NCBI GenBank assembly: GCA_030265395.1
Contig: JARFYF010000063.1
Coordinates: 79,549,849-79,613,848 of the forward strand
Direction of reading: 5' to 3'
DNA: 64,000 bases
From: Rhina ancylostomus
Lineage: Eukaryota
The position numbers were made by a program, and so were the translations under genes. The notes under the pieces are model-generated. The model was given only the letters and a program-made list of their open reading frames with translations, was not told the DNA's origin and made no database searches. Below, piece by piece: positions 48,301 to 57,300 of this stretch. Position 1 is the stretch's first letter. Each line of letters begins with the position of its first letter.

Positions 48301-51300
48301 AGATTATAGTATTCCTGTTATTTCTTTCTTGACAATATTATAATTAGGTTTTTTTTATTTTCTAATAATATTCAGCTTGGAAATAAATATTGAACTCTTG
48401 GGTGCAGAGCTAGAATTTAATGTTTCAAAGTTAATACAGGAAAATAGGCATTATTTAAAGAGGACTGTGAACAGTTTTGATCTTCATCAAAAGATGATTT
48501 ACTAGAATGATACCAGAACTGGAGGCTGTACCTAACAGGAAGATTAATGGAGGTCTTTGAGGCTATGGAAAGGTAGATATAAAGAAAATATCATCACAGG
48601 CAGTGAGGGACGATGGATACAAGGTCATAATAGCTGTGAATGGAATGTCAATCTGAACAGTTATAATAGCTTTGGTTTGCTCTTGTGTGTTAAACAACCT
48701 CTCTTTCAGACTCCTGCAAACAATGATATATTGTTGGGCTAAAGCTCCAAAGAATCCTGAGAATGATGATCTAAGCTTTTGTAAATCAGTGCCACAGCAA
48801 GAAGAGGCAAACTAACCCTTAGAACAGAATGGAAATCCTCAGGGACACTTCCTGAATGGATAGGATGGATTCTAGATGAGAAACAATGAAACAGAGTTTT
48901 GCTGGATGTAGCATCGTATTGCATAAAGTACACCAAGTTGCACGATTCCTAGATCTCTCATTATTACAGTATTCAAAACAGTTTCTTCCACTCAGATCAG
49001 TGAGAAGGATCTGAATCATTAAGATGTTCTATCTCCCCCATTTTGGCAAATGGATCCCTTGGGGAGAGAGAGCACAGAAGGGGTTAAAGATGAGTGCTTC
49101 AAGTCTAGGAGAGCAACTGTTTTTTCCAAATATTTCCCACTGCTTGCTTTCCCAACCTTGAGGGTGTAGAAACAGATGGTCACAGATTGCGTAGGGATAA
49201 TAGTTTAAAAAAAATGTGTAACTTAAATGTGAGAACTGAGCCCAAGAGTGACTAATAATACTCAGTGAAGGTAATAATACCAAATCAATTCTATCACGAT
49301 TCAGTGAGGAATAGCAAACCATTGTTCTGTTCAGAATGTATCTGGATAAAATTGGTAAATACAATTTGTTTCCTGCTGTAACATATGAGGGTCTCTAAAC
49401 CTCAAGGTGGCTCCCTCCCCTCCCCCACCCCTCCCACACAGAAGGTTTAACCAAAAGTACAACTCAATGGGATGGCCAGCAGGAGAGGGAGAGGAGTGAA
49501 TGGAAAATAAAGGTCAAGAGCTGGCTGTGGGGGGGGGGGGGGGAAGAAAATTTTGAAAAATAAACTTAGTAAGAGGTAGTAATACTGGAGTTGGACCAGT
49601 ACTTCCATGTTTGCCATGCCAATATGCAATCTAGTTAAATGTGAGTCTGACAAATGCCTCACCACGGGCAGTCCAAAAGTGGAAATAACATGAGTGGAAC
49701 TAAAAGAAGGCCTGAGATTTGAAAGTTCTGGTAGATTGCAACCAAACACAGCATGTCAAACGCAGGAAATAATCATACCAAGATGAAATTGTCTATGTAA
49801 GCAAATACTAATCATAAAGATGAATCAACACTGACTGTAGACTAATTCGTGATGGTGGTACCAGAGCAAGGAACAAATATTTAATTGAATATTTTATGGA
49901 TATTGTGCTTGAAAAAGCCAGTGCTAAAATTCATAAAGATAATGTTGGGTATCGAGAAGAAGCATGGAGATGGAACAACAAAGTTCTGGGGTGGGGGAGG
50001 GAGAAAAGAGAGAGTGTCATATATTTGTCTTTCTTTATTTCTTGCACTGTACTGCTGCCACAAGGCAACAACTTTCATGACATATGTCAGTGGTAATAAA
50101 GCTGATTCTGAACGACATATGAAACTGTTCAGATGTTGTAATAGAAGGACAGAAACAGGCTAGCATGTCAAATCATGACCCCAACAGCCACAGAGGAGAG
50201 CAGAAAATGCTCTTCCACGAGGTGAACATCAATAAATACCTTGTGTAAATGTGTCACAAGGAACAAGGCAACTTGTGACTGTAATAGATTGACATGGAAC
50301 TTAAATGTAAAAAGGGGATGTGCAGTTGGGATAGACAGAATGAAAATCTGTAGTCTTCAAAACATAGTGGGAATTGATGTAGCTTACACCCAAGTCTCCA
50401 GCTCAATTCAGCCACTGTTCAGGGACAAAAGAAGTTTTGAAACTGATTTGATTCCAGAAACTGAAAAGTCTGAGCTCATTTTAGAGAATGACACTCTCCA
50501 ATTGGCAACCAGTAACAGGTCAACTTGAATGTACCTCCTCAATAAGATCTTGATTAAGTGGCTAACTGGTTTGTGGGACTGGATCCTGGTCTTTGAATTT
50601 TTTTTTCCTTATTTCCCTACAATATAAGGGGAGGTCATTTGGTTCATGAAGTCTCTGCCAGGCCACAGACCAATTCCATTTCCCCAATAGCCTGTTCTCT
50701 TGACATTCCCGTCAATTTTCCCCAGATTCAACCACTCTTCGAAACAATAGGGGCATATAAAAGTGGCCAATTAACTTCCAGTCTGCACACATTTGAGATG
50801 CGGAAGAAAACTGGAGCAACAGGGCAAACCCTTGTGGTTAGAAGAAGAATGTGCCATTCTGATGAAGATGCTCTCATAGTGCCATTGTATAGAAGTTTCA
50901 GAATTTGGACCCAGTGATGATGGAGGAACAGTGAGGCATTGAAGTCAAGACGGTGTGCAACCGAGGGGAATTGGATGTAGTGATGTTTTCATGTATCTCC
51001 TGCCTTTGATTTCCATGATAGAAGAGGCAACAAGTTATGGAAGTACTGTTGGAATGGCCAGTATGAATAACAATAATGAGCAATGTTGATGGCACACATT
51101 GCAGCCACTCCAGTGGAGGTAATAAATGTTCACTGGTGGATGGGCTGCTTTGTCCTGGATGGTGCTGAGGTTCTTGAGTATTGTTGAAGCTGCACTCATC
51201 CAGACAGGAGGAGAGTATTCCATCACAGTATAACAGTACCCCTTGGATGTTTGCTGAGTCAAACAGATATGAACATGGCGATTCATCAGCTTGTTTGCTT

Positions 51301-54300
51301 TTTCTGATGACACAGCAATCCTCAGTGACTGCATGTGCAGAATGACTGAGAATGTCAAAATTGAAGTCATTCTGTGAAAACGAGGTTCAATCAATGGAAC
51401 ATAATTTTCCATTTTATAAGCAAGGTAAAAACCTTCCTTATAACCTCAAAAGGTAACTTGTGGATAAATTGTATTCTAGTGAGTAACATCCGTACTCGAT
51501 CACCACACCCACCTTTCTCAGGGGAGTGGGGGAAAGAAACTAGTTTCCTCTTTGATAAATGAACAGCTGTTGTGGAGGACAAATTATTAGCAGAGTCCAA
51601 CTCTGTTTCAGGGAGATTGGACTAAAATCTCTAAAACTCATGATCTTGAAGCCCACAAGTTGTTAAGGACTCAGTGATATCCAGTACTGGTTAGGTGCAA
51701 AGACAATGTGGAGCTTTAGATGGTTTGGATTGAGTAGTGCAATCACAATGTCCTCCTCATCATCCCCTACCAACATCTCTGCAGCTATACTTTGCAATGG
51801 AGTTGGGTTATATAAAGAGATAATACTAAATAGTCCCTAATTGATCTATTGGACATTTCAAGAGAACTAATTTACCTTTAGAATTGTTCAAATATCAAAT
51901 TTTCTACTGCTGGGAGTAACTGATGAAAAGCATACATGAATTCAAGAGGAAGGTGGAAGTACAATGATATGTTGGAGGTTAGGTGAAAGTATGTTGTTGG
52001 TAGGAGCCTTGTGTAGGCCATAAAGAATGATATGATCTAGTTGGTTCATGGTTTGTTTTCTGAACTGTTCTTATGGGGGAGTTCTCATCAGAAAATTTTA
52101 AAATGACCTTAAAAGCAGCTAGGCTTTTGCTCACAACTTCTGGACAAGGTTCATTTGCTGTCAAAATGCATGTCATAAGAGATAAATTGATTCTCTTTAT
52201 TTGCTACCTGCTTGTCACATCACCAATGGCTGTTGATGCCAAGTCCATTGTAACACTCAACTTGTATCTTGGGAGTCAGACTCTTAGTTACAAGCTCATG
52301 CCTTGGGAGTAGGAATAGGTCACCCTGAATTCCCATCAACCTTTCACCTGCCCCTTCTCCACGCCCCCCCCCCCCCATGCTTATCAGAGATGGACTCTGT
52401 CTTTCTCTTAAAAGCATTAAAAACATTATTCCTCAAAAAGACAGAGGAAGCGGTGTTCCAAATACTCATGAACATCAGAGAGAGAGAAACATTATTTGTT
52501 AGCCATCCTCTGAGGACTATTCAAGATCTTTTGTTTCAATTGAAGCCCTTCCTCTCTACTAAACTTCAGTGGATACCAGCTCGGCCAGTTCAACCTTTCT
52601 TCATAAGGCAACCACCCCCCCCCCCACCCCAAATTCCAGGTATTGGTCTCATAAACCTTCTTAGAACTGCTTCCAGCACATTAACATCCTTAAGTACAAT
52701 GTTCCAGATGTGATTTCACCAATACCCTTTGTATAGAAGCACAGCCTCACTAATTTTGAATTTGAATTCTTCTTGCAATAGACAATAACATGCTGTTACC
52801 TTAATTATGCAGCACCTGCATTCTTGCCTTTTGCGAACCATTCATTAGGCCACCCACATCCTTTATACTCTCTTGCTGATGATAAGAGGCGGTTTTATGT
52901 TCAGCCATCTGCTGATATTATGTGTAATGCTCATTTAAGCTTTCAGCTGATTTCATGGAATCAGGTGATTTATCTGGGCATGTTTGTGCATCCTACAAAA
53001 TCCATGTTCAGCATAGCATATGCAGCAGATTGTATGTTTAATATGAAAATATGCATCACTCTTTATAAAATCTGTAGTTTATTTGGCTGACTTCCCTATC
53101 CCATCTTGAAGAGGAGGAGGACAAATGTGGTCAAGCCTTCTGCATTCAATTTTATAAGAGATGAGCAGATCCTAATGTAGATAAACATTTGTCTTCTCCC
53201 TGTGTAACATCAAGTTAAATATGAGCATGTGAAAAGATTTCAGCCCAGCATCCTATTGCATTATGATTGGTGCATTTCATTTACTTGACTTATTCTGATG
53301 CACTGGTATTTGAGGTGTTCAGCATTGTGAAGAAAGTTTTATATGTCGCATATGCTTATTGTAACGTCTACCCAATTACTTGCATGTAATGGGCATCTTT
53401 TAGAGGGCTTCTAAAATAAGTTGAATTCTTGTTTTGGATCTTCATTTCTCATGTGGTTATTTCTGGCCTTGGCAGTCATCATCAGAGGTAAATGGGGCAC
53501 AGCGCTTTCATTCTCTTGATTCTGGTTAACATTGGTTGAGCTCTCTACTAGTTAAACTTTGTGTAACGCTCTTTGCCACTAGCTCCGTACCTGTTTATAT
53601 CTTATGCAGTCTTCCAGTATTGGAAAAGATTAGCAGCAGCAATACTTGTTTGAAACATTTTCAGATGAGCTTGAATGTGTTAATTGTTAATGTCTGTTTT
53701 GGGTAGAGGGATGAAATGTTTCTACACTATTTGTATTAAATGAGCATTTTTCCGGATCACACACAGAATTGTGCTTAGGCCAGAATTGTCACCTGGTCAG
53801 AGTTATTTTGAGGAGCAGATGTCATTGTTGTGTCCATAATGATTAAATTGCCCAAGTAGTAAAAGACTACTGAGAATTGATTATATTTATGCTAGGTTAC
53901 ACAGAATAATGTACAAAAAAAGTTATCTTGTGCAAGTTTAGAAATAATGTCAGAATGTCATGAAATAATGTAGGTGAAGCACAGTAGATCCCTGATACCT
54001 ACTCGCTCACTGGGCATATAAAATAAGTGCAGAATCATTGACTGATTTCTAGAAGTTGTATTCTAAATGGTTAAATTTAGAGTAGGATTAATATGATACA
54101 AGAGTGTTTTAAAACTTTTGCCTCGATTTCCTGTGAAGGTACTTTGTATCCTGCTTGGATTGCCACTTTGTTTAAAGTAGGAAGGTTAATGAGAAATTCA
54201 GTTGCTTATGCAAGCCCAATCAAAGTCTGTTACCTAGTTATTTCCTGCACAAATAGAGGTCTTGTCTGCCTCTTTAGGTGTTGCACTTCTACCATTTGTT

Positions 54301-57300
54301 GATGAACGCCGACTTAGAGCAGCTCTGGAAAAGGTTTACCCTGATCTCGCCCCTGATGAAAGTAAGTATTATGATCATCCAGGATTTTAGTATCTAAACT
54401 CAAAAAGATAACAAATGATGAATGTGGATAATTGATTTGGTTTAACCACTTCACGTGAGATAATTATTTAAAAGAAAATACTGTAGTGATTATGAAAATA
54501 GTTTATTTTGGTACCCTCTTAAGATTTTTCTTTCAGTACTATTTGTAGCAAGTAAATGTAGCACAGCTTAATTGAATTGAGAAGAAAAAAATGGTGGATT
54601 TTTTTTAACTGAATTAAGTTTTTGAATATCTTAATTACAGTTCGAAGGAATAGCCTTGGAAGCGATATCATGTTTATTGGAAAATCCCACAAAATGTTCG
54701 ACTTCATTGTTGAGTTGCAAAATGGTGATGATCAGGTAAGTATGCAACAGTGAATGTGTATTGCTGCTTGCTGACTTTTTTTTACACTATGTATTCTTCA
54801 CCTTACAAAATGAAACTTGTTGTTCCAGGGTGTAGAAATGCCCCCTGAACTTTGCCATGGTATAAAAGGCCTTCTAACATTACAGAGTGATTTAATAAAA
54901 CCAGGAAAGTAAGTGCTCATACTTGTTTTCTTTATAATTGGAACAGTTTTAGTTGTGTGGTGGAATACTGTGATGTATGTATATTGATAATAATTGTGGA
55001 TTTATGTAGTGGAAAAGGTGTGTCCCTCATTTTTGCAAGATTCATTTAGTAAGTGCATAGTCTCTTTCAGATGAAATAGAGAAAATGCATTTCAGTTTTA
55101 AAAGTAGTCAAGTAGTTCAGTACTAGATTGTGGTTTGAAAGGTTGAGATCGAGAAATCCCAACAGTTAAAACCAGTTTCCAGTTTCTTCACCATTTACTT
55201 TCCTGAATTCCAGCTTGAAAGGAAATGCTGTTTTTTTTCGGAGTGTATGTGAGGCAGTGGCGTTGGGGGAGGGGGCAGTGTAGGTGTTGTTTACGGCATA
55301 TGGGAAAGGTGAATAATAATAGTTTGTATCAGCTTTGCCATGTGTGTATATCTTTGCTGATGAATGGAAAAGGTTAGTAACTTGGGGTGTTCCAATTTTG
55401 ACTGAATTTGAAGGAATAAATTACTTTAAAAAGACCAAATTGGCTTTGCAAGGCACACCTTTGGTATTTCATTTCATAACTTTATTTATTTTCCCTTAGG
55501 ATGGTAGTTTCTCCCATACCAGCATTGAATGACATTGTTGAGAATAATGCATGCAGGTGAGTAAACATTTATTAGTTCTACTTAAAGTTTCTGGTCATAG
55601 TTCATTCTGTTTTGTTGATGTGAATAATAAAAAGAATCTTCCTAATGCAAACTTTTCCCTGCCTGCATATAGTATACTATTCAAGGATCCTNNNNNNNNN
55701 NNNNNNNNNNNNNNNNNNNCTGCTTTATTACCTACAGCAGTGTAAGTAGCATCTTTCAAAGTGCATTTTTCCTGGGGTTTGAGCTGTTATTGTTGCATTC
55801 ACAAAGTATTTGCCAACACTCAGCTGTTTAAGGTTGTTGCCAGTACATATAAGAAATCGCAATATTTACTGTCTACTGGGCCGGTATGCAGTTAGCTAAT
55901 TTGAGTAAGGATGCAAATGGATCTTTTGATAGCTTGGCCAGGGCAGTTAAAATGTTTTTTGATCATTGTCAATTAATGCATGCTAGGTACATACCTGTCT
56001 CCCTATCATATCCCCTACAATTGAAGTCATATAATCCAGCAGCACTGTGCGTGGCATATTGGAAAAGAAACTGCTTTCAGCAGTTTTCTAGCAATAGCTT
56101 TAGTTTTGGGAGGGAGGGAATATATTTTTGCAGAAGGTGGAGAAGGGGGAAGTACTAAATTATTCTAAAATTTTTACATTGTTTCATTTTCAACCTACTC
56201 TGATGTAAATACAGAGTTACAGGCAGAATGCAGTGTGCTGGGTTAATTAATGGATAGAAAGTGGTTAAAGAGTGTAAGAAGGTTATCAACACAAAGGGAA
56301 ACCAAAACTACTAACTAGACGTGAAAATATTAAAGGATAGCTATTATAGGATTGTGTGTGTGAGAGGGGGAAGGGATTGTGATCTGATATGAAGGAGTTA
56401 GGAATGATGAAAGAAATTTTGAGGCAAAGGAATGTTGAGGTAAAAGGGGAAACGAACAGTGGAGNNNNNNNNNNNNNNNNNNNNNNNNNNNNNNNNNNNN
56501 NNNNNNNNNNNNNNNNNNNNNNNNNNNNNNNGATGCTGTTGCACCTGAAAATTTTTTTGCATTTTCTATTTTTATGTTAGGCTTCCAGCATTGCTTTGTT
56601 TTCTTGTCAAATGACTGAGCTACCGAATGAGTACTTTGCATCTGTCTGCAAAAAGTGGTGATGTTAATTCTCGAGCAGCAGAGGCATGAGTAGGGTTATT
56701 GCAACTATTACATTTTTTTTCCTCAAAAAGAGTGAAGATTCTAATACAATTAATCCAATGTCATTGATGGGAGAAATACTAGAGACCATTGCCAGTGACG
56801 TTACTTCTCAGTCAGAAAACAAAACTTAATAAAGAGCAATCAGCTTGGATGTGTTAAAGAGAAATTGCATATGAATCCACTTGAGTTCTTTGCTAATTAA
56901 CAGGGTGGGTGGGCATGGAGGTGTTGCAGATGGTGAATGCTGCTGAACACAGTGAAGTTGGTGTTGCATACATGGATTTGCAAAAGGTATTTAATAAAGA
57001 ATCAAATAAATTGACCTGTTACCACTTTGAAGAATTGATGAAGCAGTTGCAAAAGTGTATTGCCTTGTTAGTAGTGCATGGATACAATAAAAGGGCAATT
57101 GTGTTAAATTTCAGATGCAATATTATGTATGATTCAGGCCATGCCCCTTTTTAAAAAAAAAAGAACGCTGAGGTTTGGGAAAGGGAATAAGGATGATATG
57201 ATGGTTGAGAAATTTGAGGGATTGAAAAAACTGGGATTATTCTATTTTGGAGCAAGAAAGATCAAGGGGAAGCCTAATAGGTATTTAAATTGAGGGATTT

